DNA of 64,000 bases, from assembly GCF_003334385.1 (NCBI RefSeq), contig NZ_QOWN01000025.1. One strand, 5' to 3'. Made by a program: the position numbers and the translations under genes. Source of the stretch: Escherichia coli. GTDB lineage: Bacteria; Pseudomonadota; Gammaproteobacteria; Enterobacterales; Enterobacteriaceae. This document shows, piece by piece, positions 36,465-50,443 of this stretch. The notes beneath the pieces were generated by a model. The model was given only the letters and a program-made list of their open reading frames with translations, ran no database searches and was not told where the DNA came from. Within the stretch, counting starts at the first letter, position 1; each line of letters starts with the position of its first letter.

Positions 36465-37040
36465 ATGAAATCGCTGCGTTTAATGTTATGCGCTATGCCA
36501 TTGATGCTGACCGGCTGTTCCACGATGTCGTCAGTTAACTGGTCTGCCGCTAACCCGTGGAACTGGTTTGGGTCGTCCACCAAAGTGAGCGAGCAGGGCG
36601 TGGGTGAATTAACGGCGTCCACACCACTGCAAGAACAAGCCATTGCCGATGCGCTTGATGGCGATTATCGCCTGCGCAGCGGAATGAAAACCGCGAACGG
36701 CAACGTGGTGCGCTTTTTTGAAGTGATGAAGGGCGACAACGTGGCGATGGTGATTAACGGCGATCAAGGCACGATCAGTCGCATTGACGTGCTGGATAGC
36801 GATATTCCTGCTGACACCGGTGTTAAAATCGGTACACCGTTTAGCGACCTTTACAGCAAAGCATTTGGCAATTGCCAAAAAGCTGATGGTGATGATAATC
36901 GTGCCGTCGAATGTAAAGCCGAAGGCAGTCAACATATTAGCTACCAGTTCAGCGGGGAATGGCGTGGTCCTGAAGGGTTAATGCCTTCGGACGATACCCT
37001 GAAAAACTGGAAAGTCAGTAAAATTATCTGGCGGCGTTAA
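36465..37040 (+). CDS. yfeY: lipoprotein YfeY
   Basis: 191 aa; lipobox LTGCS. Confidence 0.88.
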   Translation: MKSLRLMLCAMPLMLTGCSTMSSVNWSAANPWNWFGSSTKVSEQGVGELTASTPLQEQAIADALDGDYRLRSGMKTANGNVVRFFEVMKGDNVAMVINGDQGTISRIDVLDSDIPADTGVKIGTPFSDLYSKAFGNCQKADGDDNRAVECKAEGSQHISYQFSGEWRGPEGLMPSDDTLKNWKVSKIIWRR

Positions 37041-37051
37041 TTTGCGTCTGA

Positions 37052-38035
<984 letters not shown>

Positions 38036-38116
38036 GCGTTTCTGATTCATTGATTAAAGGCCAGGCAGTAACATTACTGACTGGCCTCAGATTGTTGACC
38101 AAGTGCGCGTTGTACA

Positions 38117-38216
38117 CGCCGGATGCGGCGTGAACGCCTTATCCGGCCTACGAAATCGTGCTAATTCAATATATTGTGGGCTCCACGTAGGCCTGATAAG
38201 CGTAGCGCATCAGGCA
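38117..38216. repeat. REP/BIME between yfeX and yfeW
   Basis: gccggatgcggcgtgaacgccttatccggcctac and ggcctgataagcgtagcgcatcaggc palindromes. Confidence 0.8.
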
Positions 38217-38274
38217 GTTTTGCGTTTGTCAGCACTCTCAGACCAGCCAGTAACATTACTGACTGGCCTTTTTA

Positions 38275-39576
38275 TTACTTCTGCTTTAACGCCGCATACA
38301 CCTGATCAACTACCCAACCATAAGTTGCAATCGGCAACTGACCGCTTTCGAACATATTGGGATTCTTTTGCGGATCGGCAACCGGCGAATGTGGCTTGTT
38401 GCTTAACATCACAATCGTCATATGATTCACCGGATCGATAACGGTCACCGTTCCGGTCCAGCCAGTGTGACCGTAGGTTTGCGGGCTTGCCAGCGTGCCA
38501 AACGTCGGCGTCATGGTGGCATTACCATTCACGCGCCAGCCGAGGCCAAAAGTGGCATCTTCCTTAGAGCTGGTGGTGAACATCTTCACCGTTTCCGCAT
38601 TGAACAGCTGCACATCACCATAGCCCCCGCCGTTCAGCATCGTTTGCATTAACACCGCAATATCGCCGGTATTGGAAAACAAACCTGCGTGCCCGGAAAC
38701 GCCGCCCATCGAATAAAAGGCTTTTTCATCGTGCACCTGACCCCAGAGAGTGGAGGTGCGGATATTCGGGAAATGGATCACGCCATCGCGGGTATTGCCG
38801 TTCAATTCCGTGGCGGCAATTTGTTGCGGTTTAAAGCCTTTCAGCAGCGGGTTAAATACCGTATGTGTCAGGCCGAGCGGGCGATAAATCGACTCTTCAA
38901 CATAGCGGTCAAGCGGCTGACCGGTAACCGACTCGACGATAAATCCAAGCAGCATATAATCGACATCGCTGTAGATATGTTTGCTGCCGGGCTGATATTC
39001 CAGCGGCGTGCGCTTGATCATCTCCAGCGTCTGGCCTTTATCCTGGGAATATAACGCGCCCGCGACCGCTTTATTCGGGTATTGCGGATCTGCCGGGAAA
39101 CCGCCGCTGTGATGCAGCAGGTCAGAAATCCGCAGGGTGTTTTTGCCTTTAATGGTGTCATTTGGACTATCGGCAAACCCCGGAATATATTTCGCAATCC
39201 GATCGTCAGGATGCAGTTTGCCTTCGCTCATCAGCTTTTGCAGGGCGAAGTTCGTGGCGTACATTTTGGTGTTTGAGGCCAGGTCATACAGCGTCCCGGT
39301 GGTGGCTTTGACAGGCTGTTCCATCAACACGCTGCCATCGTACTTTTTCGCCGCTCCCCAGGCTTTGCGATACACAATCTGATTATCTTTAATGATCAGC
39401 AGGTTTACGCTGGGATAACCGACATCAACTTGCTGGCTAATCCAGCGATCCATCTGGTTAAGCCGTTCGACGTTAAACCCTGCTTTCTCTGGCGAGCTTT
39501 CTGTCAGAACAGGGTATTTTGCGGCGCTGACGCTACAACTAACAGCCAGCAGAGAAAGATAGAGCATTGTCCGTTT
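38275..39576 (-). CDS. yfeW: penicillin-binding protein 4B (beta-lactamase-fold DD-peptidase) YfeW
   Basis: ORF 38275..39666; Met at 39576 gives about 433 aa with signal peptide; SxxK-type motif SNTK. Confidence 0.88.
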   Translation of the reverse strand, partial: KRTMLYLSLLAVSCSVSAAKYPVLTESSPEKAGFNVERLNQMDRWISQQVDVGYPSVNLLIIKDNQIVYRKAWGAAKKYDGSVLMEQPVKATTGTLYDLASNTKMYATNFALQKLMSEGKLHPDDRIAKYIPGFADSPNDTIKGKNTLRISDLLHHSGGFPADPQYPNKAVAGALYSQDKGQTLEMIKRTPLEYQPGSKHIYSDVDYMLLGFIVESVTGQPLDRYVEESIYRPLGLTHTVFNPLLKGFKPQQIAATELNGNTRDGVIHFPNIRTSTLWGQVHDEKAFYSMGGVSGHAGLFSNTGDIAVLMQTMLNGGGYGDVQLFNAETVKMFTTSSKEDATFGLGWRVNGNATMTPTFGTLASPQTYGHTGWTGTVTVIDPVNHMTIVMLSNKPHSPVADPQKNPNMFESGQLPIATYGWVVDQVYAALKQK

Positions 39577-39583
39577 CATGATA

Positions 39584-41008
<1,425 letters not shown>

Positions 41009-41011
41009 GGG

Positions 41012-41908
41012 TTATTCCTTGTCTAAAACCTGACGAATAAAGCCGCCGTGTTGATCCAGGCGTTTTTTAGCTTCTGCGGCATCGAGATTTTTCAGCACCA
41101 TCACAATGGCCGTTTTACAGTTGCGCTCGCAAGCAATTAACGCCGCTTCCGCTTGCTCTGCGCTACATCCGGTGGCGTTTTTAACAATATTGACCTGTCG
41201 CACATGCAGTTTTTCGTTGGTGGCGACCACATCGACCATCAGGTTGCCGAACACTTTGCCGGATTTAATCATCAGCCCGGTGGAAAGCATATTGAGCACC
41301 AGTTTCTGCGCTGTACCTGCTTTCATCCGCGAAGAACCGGTAACAACTTCGGCACCTACAATCGGTGTAATGGCAAACTCAGCGGTGGTTGAAACGGCGC
41401 TCCCCGGATTACAGGAAATTCCCACTGTGCGGCAGCCGAGCTGGCGTGCGTATTCCAGTCCGGCAATCACATACGGCGTGCGACCGCTGGCAGCAATGCC
41501 AACCACCACATCCTGTGCCGTTAAATTAATATTTTTCAGATCATTAACACCGCCTTCCCGGCTATCTTCCGCGCCTTCCACCGCGTGCTGAATGGCATAT
41601 TCGCCGCCAGCAATCAAACCAACCACCAGACCCGGTTTCACGCCGTAGGTGGGCGGACATTCGCTGGCATCCAGAATCCCCAGACGACCGGATGTTCCCG
41701 CACCGAGGTAAATCAGACGCCCGCCGCCGCTTACCTGGGCGTGGATAACATCGATCGCCGCGGCGATATCCGGCAGTACGCGCTCAACGGCAAGCGGTAC
41801 GGTTTTATCTTCATCGTTGATAATCCGGCACATTTCCAGCGTCGATACGCGGTCAATTTCAGCCGAGGCGGTGTTCGAGCCTTCAGTAATCATCTTTTCA
41901 AATTGCAT
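41012..41908 (-). CDS. murQ: N-acetylmuramic acid 6-phosphate etherase
   Basis: 298 aa; SIS domain. Confidence 0.93.
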
Positions 41909-42071
41909 CGGTGGTGACCTTACTATTTACGATCAAATAATTGCAGATGTATGGAATCATATATCCCGAATTGACAGGCTTAAAGGAATCATTGAGTCTA
42001 CACTCGCAGAGTGTGAAGAGCGTCATAAGAACTTAAGCGGAATTTATGCTGCCAGCCCAGGAGAGTGGAAG
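41909..42071. promoter_or_regulatory. murQ / murR divergent promoter-operator region
   Basis: 163-bp intergenic region between divergent murQ and murR; function inferred from gene arrangement only. Confidence 0.4.
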
Positions 42072-42929
42072 ATGTTGTACCTGACGAAAATAAGCAATGC
42101 GGGGAGTGAATTCACCGAAAACGAGCAAAAAATCGCTGACTTTCTGCAGGCCAACGTGAGTGAGCTGCAATCCGTTTCTTCACGGCAGATGGCGAAACAG
42201 CTCGGCATTAGCCAGTCGAGCATAGTGAAATTTGCCCAAAAACTCGGCGCGCAAGGATTTACTGAATTGCGTATGGCGTTAATAGGCGAATACAGTGCCA
42301 GCCGGGAGAAAACGAATGCCACGGCACTGCACCTGCACAGTTCGATTACCAGTGATGATTCGCTGGAAGTGATCGCGCGCAAACTGAATCGCGAAAAAGA
42401 GCTGGCGCTGGAGCAAACCTGCGCGTTGCTCGATTACGCGCGGCTGCAAAAAATCATTGAGGTCATCAGTAAAGCACCGTTTATCCAGATAACGGGCCTG
42501 GGCGGATCGGCGCTGGTGGGGCGCGATCTGTCGTTCAAACTGATGAAAATTGGCTATCGCGTGGCCTGCGAAGCCGACACGCACGTACAAGCCACCGTTT
42601 CCCAGGCGTTGAAAAAAGGCGATGTACAAATCGCTATCTCTTACAGCGGCAGTAAAAAAGAGATTGTCTTGTGCGCAGAAGCGGCACGAAAGCAGGGGGC
42701 AACGGTGATTGCCATTACTTCTCTGACTGACTCTCCGCTGCGGCGGCTGGCGCATTTCACCCTCGATACCGTTTCCGGAGAAACCGAATGGCGTAGCTCG
42801 TCGATGTCTACCCGCACGGCGCAAAATTCTGTTACCGATTTACTGTTTGTTGGCCTTGTGCAACTCAATGATGTGGAGTCATTGAAAATGATTCAGCGCA
42901 GCAGTGAGCTAACACAACGCCTGAAATGA
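42072..42929 (+). CDS. murR: RpiR-family repressor MurR
   Basis: ORF 41817..42929; Met at 42072 gives 285 aa; HTH plus SIS. Confidence 0.9.
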   Translation: MLYLTKISNAGSEFTENEQKIADFLQANVSELQSVSSRQMAKQLGISQSSIVKFAQKLGAQGFTELRMALIGEYSASREKTNATALHLHSSITSDDSLEVIARKLNREKELALEQTCALLDYARLQKIIEVISKAPFIQITGLGGSALVGRDLSFKLMKIGYRVACEADTHVQATVSQALKKGDVQIAISYSGSKKEIVLCAEAARKQGATVIAITSLTDSPLRRLAHFTLDTVSGETEWRSSSMSTRTAQNSVTDLLFVGLVQLNDVESLKMIQRSSELTQRLK

Positions 42930-43057
42930 TGCATAAAGCAGCGACTGGATTGAGATTTTCCTGAATTAGTGAGCTGATCCGCAGCAATATTTTGTTTATC
43001 CTGTATTTTCAGAGGGAATGGAGTGTAACGCTCTGTATTAACAAGGAGAGCATTAAA

Positions 43058-43849
43058 ATGGGTAAACTCACGGGCAAGACAGCACTGATTACGGGCGCAT
43101 TGCAGGGAATTGGCGAAGGAATTGCCAGAACTTTTGCACGTCATGGCGCGAACCTAATCTTGCTGGATATCTCCCCTGAGATCGAAAAGCTGGCGGACGA
43201 ACTGTGTGGTCGTGGTCATCGCTGTACGGCGGTTGTCGCCGATGTGCGTGACCCGGCGTCGGTAGCCGCAGCTATCAAACGCGCGAAGGAAAAAGAAGGG
43301 CGCATTGATATCCTGGTGAATAACGCAGGCGTTTGTCGTCTGGGCAGTTTCCTCGATATGAGCGATGACGATCGCGATTTCCATATTGACATCAATATTA
43401 AAGGCGTATGGAACGTCACGAAGGCGGTGCTGCCGGAGATGATTGCCCGCAAAGATGGTCGCATTGTGATGATGTCTTCAGTCACTGGTGATATGGTGGC
43501 CGATCCTGGCGAAACGGCGTACGCCTTAACGAAAGCGGCGATTGTTGGCCTGACAAAATCGCTGGCGGTGGAGTACGCGCAGTCTGGTATTCGCGTTAAC
43601 GCCATTTGCCCGGGATACGTGCGCACACCAATGGCGGAAAGCATTGCCCGCCAGTCGAACCCGGAAGATCCAGAGTCGGTGCTGACTGAAATGGCGAAAG
43701 CAATCCCGATGCGTCGCCTCGCCGATCCGCTGGAAGTCGGCGAACTGGCGGCCTTCCTCGCATCGGATGAATCCAGCTATTTAACCGGTACACAGAATGT
43801 GATTGATGGCGGCAGCACACTGCCGGAGACGGTTAGCGTCGGTATCTGA
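43058..43849 (+). CDS. ucpA: short-chain dehydrogenase/reductase UcpA
   Basis: ORF 42992..43849; Met at 43058 gives 263 aa; TGALQGIG Rossmann motif. Confidence 0.9.
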   Translation: MGKLTGKTALITGALQGIGEGIARTFARHGANLILLDISPEIEKLADELCGRGHRCTAVVADVRDPASVAAAIKRAKEKEGRIDILVNNAGVCRLGSFLDMSDDDRDFHIDINIKGVWNVTKAVLPEMIARKDGRIVMMSSVTGDMVADPGETAYALTKAAIVGLTKSLAVEYAQSGIRVNAICPGYVRTPMAESIARQSNPEDPESVLTEMAKAIPMRRLADPLEVGELAAFLASDESSYLTGTQNVIDGGSTLPETVSVGI

Positions 43850-44152
43850 TTCACCTCTGTTTCCTCCCTGCATTTGTGGGGAGGATTTCGTCTTGAACTA
43901 AGTTCACCAGGCTATTTTATTTGTCATTTTGGCCCCGGGCAGTGCTCGAAATCCTCACGTACTATGTGTACGCTCCGGTTTCTCCGCGCTGTTCGTGTCC
44001 AAACTGACTGCAACAATTACGCCTGTTGAACCAAGTTCTTATTCCCTTTTCAACTTCCAAATCACCAAACGGTATATAAAACCGTTACTCCTTTCACGTC
44101 CGTTATAAATATGATGGCTATTAGAAAGTCATTAAATTTATAAGGGTGCGCA
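43850..44152 (+). promoter_or_regulatory. cysP promoter region (CysB-activated in E. coli)
   Basis: 303-bp untranslated region upstream of the cysPUWAM operon; assignment from established E. coli knowledge, not motif-verified. Confidence 0.4.
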
Positions 44153-45169
44153 ATGGCCGTTAACTTACTGAAAAAGAACTCACTCGCGCTGGTCGCTTCT
44201 CTGCTGCTGGCGGGCCATGTACAGGCAACGGAACTGCTGAACAGTTCTTATGACGTCTCCCGCGAGCTGTTTGCCGCCCTGAATCCGCCGTTTGAGCAAC
44301 AATGGGCAAAAGATAACGGCGGCGACAAACTGACGATAAAACAATCTCATGCCGGGTCATCAAAACAGGCGCTGGCGATTTTACAGGGCTTAAAAGCCGA
44401 CGTTGTCACTTATAACCAGGTGACCGACGTACAAATCCTGCACGATAAAGGCAAGCTGATCCCGGCCGACTGGCAGTCGCGCCTGCCGAATAATAGCTCG
44501 CCGTTCTACTCCACCATGGGCTTCCTGGTGCGTAAGGGTAACCCGAAGAATATCCACGATTGGAACGACCTGGTGCGCTCCGACGTGAAGCTGATTTTCC
44601 CGAACCCGAAAACGTCGGGTAACGCGCGTTATACCTATCTGGCGGCATGGGGCGCAGCGGATAAAGCTGACGGTGGTGACAAAGGCAAAACCGAACAGTT
44701 TATGACCCAGTTCCTGAAAAACGTTGAAGTGTTCGATACTGGCGGTCGTGGCGCGACCACCACTTTTGCCGAGCGCGGCCTGGGCGATGTGCTGATTAGC
44801 TTCGAATCGGAAGTGAACAACATCCGTAAACAGTATGAAGCGCAGGGCTTTGAAGTGGTGATTCCGAAAACCAACATTCTGGCGGAATTCCCGGTGGCGT
44901 GGGTTGATAAAAACGTGCAGGCCAACGGTACGGAAAAAGCCGCCAAAGCCTATCTGAACTGGCTCTATAGCCCGCAGGCGCAAACCATCATCACCGACTA
45001 TTACTACCGCGTGAATAACCCGGAGGTGATGGACAAACTGAAAGACAAATTCCCGCAGACCGAGCTGTTCCGCGTGGAAGACAAATTTGGCTCCTGGCCG
45101 GAAGTGATGAAAACCCACTTCACCAGCGGCGGCGAGTTAGACAAGCTGTTAGCGGCGGGGCGTAACTGA
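44153..45169 (+). CDS. cysP: thiosulfate/sulfate-binding protein CysP
   Basis: 338 aa with signal peptide. Confidence 0.95.
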
Positions 45170-46002
45170 TGTTTGCTGTCTCCTCCAGACGCGTGCTGCC
45201 GGGCTTTACCTTAAGCCTCGGCACCAGTCTGCTGTTTGTGTGCCTGATTTTGCTGCTGCCGCTCTCCGCGCTGGTGATGCAACTGGCCCAGATGAGCTGG
45301 GCGCAGTACTGGGAGGTGATCACCAACCCGCAGGTGGTCGCGGCCTACAAAGTAACGCTGCTGTCGGCGTTTGTGGCATCGATTTTTAACGGCGTTTTCG
45401 GTCTGCTGATGGCGTGGATCCTAACCCGCTATCGCTTCCCAGGCCGCACGCTGCTTGATGCGCTGATGGATTTACCCTTTGCGCTGCCAACGGCTGTCGC
45501 CGGTTTAACGCTGGCCTCGCTCTTTTCCGTAAACGGTTTTTACGGTGAATGGCTGGCGAAGTTTGATATCAAAGTCACCTATACATGGCTGGGGATTGCG
45601 GTGGCTATGGCCTTTACCAGCATTCCGTTTGTGGTGCGTACCGTGCAGCCGGTGCTGGAAGAGTTAGGCCCGGAATATGAAGAAGCGGCGGAAACGCTTG
45701 GTGCAACGCGCTGGCAGAGTTTCTGCAAAGTGGTGCTGCCGGAGCTTTCTCCGGCGCTGGTGGCGGGCGTGGCGCTGTCGTTTACCCGTAGTCTTGGTGA
45801 ATTTGGCGCGGTGATTTTTATCGCCGGAAATATCGCGTGGAAGACGGAAGTGACGTCGCTGATGATTTTTGTGCGCTTACAGGAGTTTGATTACCCGGCA
45901 GCGAGCGCGATTGCTTCGGTGATCCTCGCGGCATCTCTGCTGCTGCTGTTCTCAATTAACACTCTGCAAAGTCGCTTTGGTCGGCGTGTGGTAGGTCATT
46001 AA
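45169..46002 (+). CDS. cysU: sulfate/thiosulfate ABC permease CysU (CysT)
   Basis: 277 aa; ABC permease. Confidence 0.95.
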   Translation: MFAVSSRRVLPGFTLSLGTSLLFVCLILLLPLSALVMQLAQMSWAQYWEVITNPQVVAAYKVTLLSAFVASIFNGVFGLLMAWILTRYRFPGRTLLDALMDLPFALPTAVAGLTLASLFSVNGFYGEWLAKFDIKVTYTWLGIAVAMAFTSIPFVVRTVQPVLEELGPEYEEAAETLGATRWQSFCKVVLPELSPALVAGVALSFTRSLGEFGAVIFIAGNIAWKTEVTSLMIFVRLQEFDYPAASAIASVILAASLLLLFSINTLQSRFGRRVVGH

Positions 46003-46877
46003 TGGCGGAAGTTACCCAATTGAAGCGTTATGACGCGCGCCCGATTAACTGGGGCAAATGGTTTCTGATTGGCATCGGGATGCTGGTTTCGGCGTTCATC
46101 CTGCTGGTGCCGATGATTTACATCTTCGTGCAGGCATTCAGCAAGGGGCTGATGCCGGTTTTACAGAATCTGGCCGATCCGGACATGCTGCACGCCATCT
46201 GGCTGACGGTGATGATCGCGCTGATTGCCGTACCGGTAAACCTGGTGTTCGGCATTCTGCTGGCCTGGCTGGTGACGCGCTTTAACTTCCCTGGACGCCA
46301 GTTACTGCTGACGCTACTGGACATTCCGTTTGCCGTATCGCCGGTGGTTGCCGGTCTGGTGTATTTGCTGTTCTACGGCTCTAACGGCCCGCTCGGCGGT
46401 TGGCTCGACGAGCATAACCTGCAAATTATGTTCTCCTGGCCGGGAATGGTGCTGGTCACCATCTTCGTGACGTGTCCGTTTGTGGTGCGCGAACTGGTGC
46501 CGGTGATGTTAAGCCAGGGCAGCCAGGAAGACGAAGCGGCGATTTTGCTTGGCGCGTCCGGCTGGCAGATGTTCCGTCGCGTCACATTACCGAACATCCG
46601 CTGGGCGCTGCTTTATGGCGTGGTGTTGACCAACGCCCGCGCAATTGGCGAGTTTGGCGCGGTGTCGGTGGTTTCCGGCTCGATTCGCGGCGAAACCCTG
46701 TCGCTGCCGTTACAGATTGAATTGCTGGAGCAGGACTACAACACCGTCGGCTCCTTTACCGCTGCGGCGCTGTTAACGCTGATGGCGATTATCACCCTGT
46801 TTTTAAAAAGTATGTTGCAGTGGCGCCTGGAGAATCAGGAAAAACGCGCACAGCAGGAGGAACATCATGAGCATTGA
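46002..46877 (+). CDS. cysW: sulfate/thiosulfate ABC permease CysW
   Basis: 291 aa. Confidence 0.95.
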   Translation: MAEVTQLKRYDARPINWGKWFLIGIGMLVSAFILLVPMIYIFVQAFSKGLMPVLQNLADPDMLHAIWLTVMIALIAVPVNLVFGILLAWLVTRFNFPGRQLLLTLLDIPFAVSPVVAGLVYLLFYGSNGPLGGWLDEHNLQIMFSWPGMVLVTIFVTCPFVVRELVPVMLSQGSQEDEAAILLGASGWQMFRRVTLPNIRWALLYGVVLTNARAIGEFGAVSVVSGSIRGETLSLPLQIELLEQDYNTVGSFTAAALLTLMAIITLFLKSMLQWRLENQEKRAQQEEHHEH

Positions 46878-47964
46878 GATTGCCAATATTAAGAAGTCGT
46901 TTGGTCGCACCCAGGTGCTGAACGATATCTCACTGGATATTCCTTCAGGTCAGATGGTCGCGTTGCTGGGGCCGTCCGGTTCCGGGAAAACCACGCTGCT
47001 GCGCATTATCGCCGGGCTGGAGCATCAAACCAGCGGGCATATTCGCTTCCACGGCACCGACGTGAGCCGCCTGCACGCACGTGATCGTAAAGTCGGTTTC
47101 GTGTTCCAGCATTACGCGCTGTTCCGCCATATGACGGTGTTCGACAATATCGCTTTTGGCCTGACGGTGCTGCCGCGTCGCGAGCGCCCGAATGCCGCAG
47201 CCATCAAAGCGAAAGTGACAAAATTGCTGGAAATGGTCCAGCTTGCCCATCTGGCGGATCGTTATCCGGCGCAGCTTTCCGGCGGCCAGAAACAGCGCGT
47301 GGCGCTGGCGCGCGCGCTGGCTGTGGAACCGCAAATTCTGCTGCTTGATGAACCGTTTGGCGCGCTGGATGCGCAGGTGCGTAAAGAGCTGCGTCGCTGG
47401 CTGCGTCAACTCCATGAAGAACTAAAATTCACCAGCGTTTTTGTGACCCACGATCAGGAAGAAGCGACCGAAGTAGCTGATCGTGTAGTTGTGATGAGCC
47501 AGGGCAATATTGAACAGGCTGACGCGCCGGATCAGGTATGGCGCGAACCGGCGACCCGTTTTGTGCTCGAATTTATGGGCGAAGTGAACCGCCTGCAGGG
47601 AACCATTCGCGGCGGGCAGTTCCATGTTGGCGCGCATCGCTGGCCGCTGGGCTACACACCTGCGTATCAGGGGCCGGTGGATCTCTTCCTGCGCCCTTGG
47701 GAAGTGGATATCAGCCGCCGTACCAGCCTCGATTCGCCGCTGCCGGTACAGGTACTGGAAGCCAGCCCGAAAGGTCACTACACCCAATTAGTGGTGCAGC
47801 CGCTGGGGTGGTACAACGAACCGCTGACGGTCGTGATGCATGGCGACGATGCCCCGCAGCGTGGCGAGCGTTTATTCGTTGGTCTGCAACATGCGCGGCT
47901 GTATAACGGCGACGAGCGTATCGAAACCCGCGATGAGGAACTTGCTCTCGCACAAAGCGCCTGA
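46867..47964 (+). CDS. cysA: sulfate/thiosulfate ABC ATPase CysA
   Basis: 365 aa; Walker [10 protein letters not shown], signature LSGGQKQR. Confidence 0.95.
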   Translation: MSIEIANIKKSFGRTQVLNDISLDIPSGQMVALLGPSGSGKTTLLRIIAGLEHQTSGHIRFHGTDVSRLHARDRKVGFVFQHYALFRHMTVFDNIAFGLTVLPRRERPNAAAIKAKVTKLLEMVQLAHLADRYPAQLSGGQKQRVALARALAVEPQILLLDEPFGALDAQVRKELRRWLRQLHEELKFTSVFVTHDQEEATEVADRVVVMSQGNIEQADAPDQVWREPATRFVLEFMGEVNRLQGTIRGGQFHVGAHRWPLGYTPAYQGPVDLFLRPWEVDISRRTSLDSPLPVQVLEASPKGHYTQLVVQPLGWYNEPLTVVMHGDDAPQRGERLFVGLQHARLYNGDERIETRDEELALAQSA

Positions 47965-48036
47965 TAGGTTGAGTGAATGTTAAACGCCCGGAGGCGCTTC
48001 CCGCGATCCGGGCTTTTTAATGGCAAGGTTTGTAAC

Positions 48037-48075
48037 CTGTAGACCTGATAAGACGCGCAAGCGTCGCATCAGGCA
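48037..48075. repeat. REP element (cysA-cysM)
   Basis: cctgataagacgcgcaagcgtcgcatcagg palindrome. Confidence 0.75.
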
Positions 48076-48097
48076 ACACCACGTATGGATAGAGATC

Positions 48098-49009
48098 GTG
48101 AGTACATTAGAACAAACAATAGGCAATACGCCTCTGGTGAAGTTGCAGCGAATGGGGCCGGATAACGGCAGTGAAGTGTGGTTAAAACTGGAAGGCAATA
48201 ACCCGGCAGGTTCGGTGAAAGATCGTGCGGCACTTTCGATGATCGTCGAGGCGGAAAAGCGCGGGGAAATTAAACCGGGTGATGTCTTAATCGAAGCCAC
48301 CAGTGGTAACACCGGCATTGCGCTGGCAATGATTGCCGCGCTGAAAGGCTATCGCATGAAATTGCTGATGCCCGACAACATGAGCCAGGAACGCCGTGCG
48401 GCGATGCGTGCTTATGGTGCGGAACTGATTCTTGTCACCAAAGAGCAGGGCATGGAAGGTGCGCGCGATCTGGCGCTGGAGATGGCGAATCGTGGCGAAG
48501 GAAAGCTGCTCGATCAGTTCAATAATCCCGATAACCCTTATGCGCATTACACCACCACTGGGCCGGAAATCTGGCAGCAAACCGGCGGGCGCATCACTCA
48601 TTTTGTCTCCAGCATGGGGACGACCGGCACTATCACCGGCGTCTCACGCTTTATGCGCGAACAATCCAAACCGGTGACCATTGTCGGCCTGCAACCGGAA
48701 GAGGGCAGCAGCATTCCCGGCATTCGCCGCTGGCCTACGGAATATCTGCCGGGGATTTTCAACGCTTCTCTGGTGGATGAGGTGCTGGATATTCATCAGC
48801 GCGATGCGGAAAACACCATGCGCGAACTGGCGGTGCGGGAAGGAATATTCTGTGGCGTCAGCTCCGGCGGCGCGGTTGCCGGAGCACTGCGGGTGGCAAA
48901 AGCTAACCCTGACGCGGTGGTGGTGGCGATCATCTGCGATCGTGGCGATCGCTACCTTTCTACCGGGGTGTTTGGGGAAGAGCATTTTAGCCAGGGGGCG
49001 GGGATTTAA
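48098..49009 (+). CDS. cysM: cysteine synthase B
   Basis: ORF 48020..49009; GTG at 48098 gives 303 aa (MSTLEQTIGNTPLVKL...). Confidence 0.93.
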   Translation: MSTLEQTIGNTPLVKLQRMGPDNGSEVWLKLEGNNPAGSVKDRAALSMIVEAEKRGEIKPGDVLIEATSGNTGIALAMIAALKGYRMKLLMPDNMSQERRAAMRAYGAELILVTKEQGMEGARDLALEMANRGEGKLLDQFNNPDNPYAHYTTTGPEIWQQTGGRITHFVSSMGTTGTITGVSRFMREQSKPVTIVGLQPEEGSSIPGIRRWPTEYLPGIFNASLVDEVLDIHQRDAENTMRELAVREGIFCGVSSGGAVAGALRVAKANPDAVVVAIICDRGDRYLSTGVFGEEHFSQGAGI

Positions 49010-49048
49010 GGATTAATAGCATCGGAGACTGATGACAAACGCAAAACT

Positions 49049-49150
<102 letters not shown>

Positions 49151-49197
49151 ACAAAGCGCACTTTTTTAACAGTTGTTGCTGCCGACAAATGCAGTAT

Positions 49198-49932
49198 TTA
49201 ATTTTCGTGAGGAAACGCCGTAAGGTCATCAATCATTTTTTGAAGTATTGGTGAGTCCTGACCGTCACCCCATTGAAGAATTTTTGCGGTAAGCTGATGA
49301 CGCGCTAGTGCATTGAGTCCCATCTTTTTAAGTTTATGGGAGATTTTACCCATGACTTTAATCTGACCGAATGCAGTTGCGTAGGTAATCATATTGCTCT
49401 GGATAGTGCTCATTTCATCGACTAGTAATTGCGCACGAACATCCTCTTCAAGAATACTGTCCATAGCGATGTATTTCATACCCCACATAGTTTCAATTAA
49501 CATTTGAGGGAAATCAGCACAGTCCAGATCCGGCTCTTTACGGAGGCTATTTTCAAGAACGTTTAGAGCATCAGCACCTTCATCGCTGCCAAAAGGAGAT
49601 TCTTCATCCCAGCAACACATATAAAGTGGATCAGTAAAATGGCACTGGAAGTTTGGGTGTGACGTTTTAACATGTAACCCAATTTCTTCATCATCAAAAT
49701 AGTAGCGATCCATGAAGTTAAACTTTGGATCTTCTTGATAGCCTTTCTTCATTTTTGCGGCAATCAATTTACTGGCTTCTTTCAGACACTGTTCTTCATT
49801 ATCGAACTCTTTTGTCTGGAATTTACCAATACTACCTACCTTGCCATAGTTGACAGCTAAACTATCCCCTTCGTAATCTATCCACCAAAATTTATTCGAT
49901 TTTTCATCGTGATAAATAAAGCGTTTTTTCAT
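49198..49932 (-). CDS. yfeS: WGR-domain protein YfeS
   Basis: 244 aa; N-terminal WGR-like motif (FWWIDYEG...NYGKVGSIG); AT-rich. Confidence 0.85.
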   Translation of the reverse strand: MKKRFIYHDEKSNKFWWIDYEGDSLAVNYGKVGSIGKFQTKEFDNEEQCLKEASKLIAAKMKKGYQEDPKFNFMDRYYFDDEEIGLHVKTSHPNFQCHFTDPLYMCCWDEESPFGSDEGADALNVLENSLRKEPDLDCADFPQMLIETMWGMKYIAMDSILEEDVRAQLLVDEMSTIQSNMITYATAFGQIKVMGKISHKLKKMGLNALARHQLTAKILQWGDGQDSPILQKMIDDLTAFPHEN

Positions 49933-49964
49933 GTTACCTCCTGTAAATGCCTTCCCAAAGCGGA

Positions 49965-50339
49965 TTAATTTCCTTCCGCAGGCACCGTTTTATCCGTCTG
50001 CGCAATTAACGCATGTAAAAAAGGCTGTGCGTTCTCATCGCTCTTACCGGGGATCTTCACAATATACGGCTTCCCAGTAATCGATGACGACGAAGCAACC
50101 TTATCAATAAACTGCTCGGCAGTGTCAATGCGGTTACGGGTATTGCCGAGCTTCAGACGCAGATGAGAAACCGCTTCATAGCAGGTATGTTCATCACCGT
50201 TGCGCACAAATATCAAATCCTTTTTCTGTGCTAATCCCTCCAGCATGGCGTTGATGCGGGCTTCTTCATGGGCAGTTAACTTCGCGTAAACGGGGAGTGT
50301 CATTAGTAGTGTAATGACCAGACAAATGATTTTCTTCAT
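49965..50339 (-). CDS. yfeK: secreted protein YfeK
   Basis: 124 aa with signal peptide [19 protein letters not shown]. Confidence 0.85.
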
Positions 50340-50364
50340 TGAATTACCTTATCCTTGTTTTGTG

Positions 50365-50407
<43 letters not shown>

Positions 50408-50443
50408 TTACGATGAGGATCATCGGCAAGGAGAAAAAATTAA

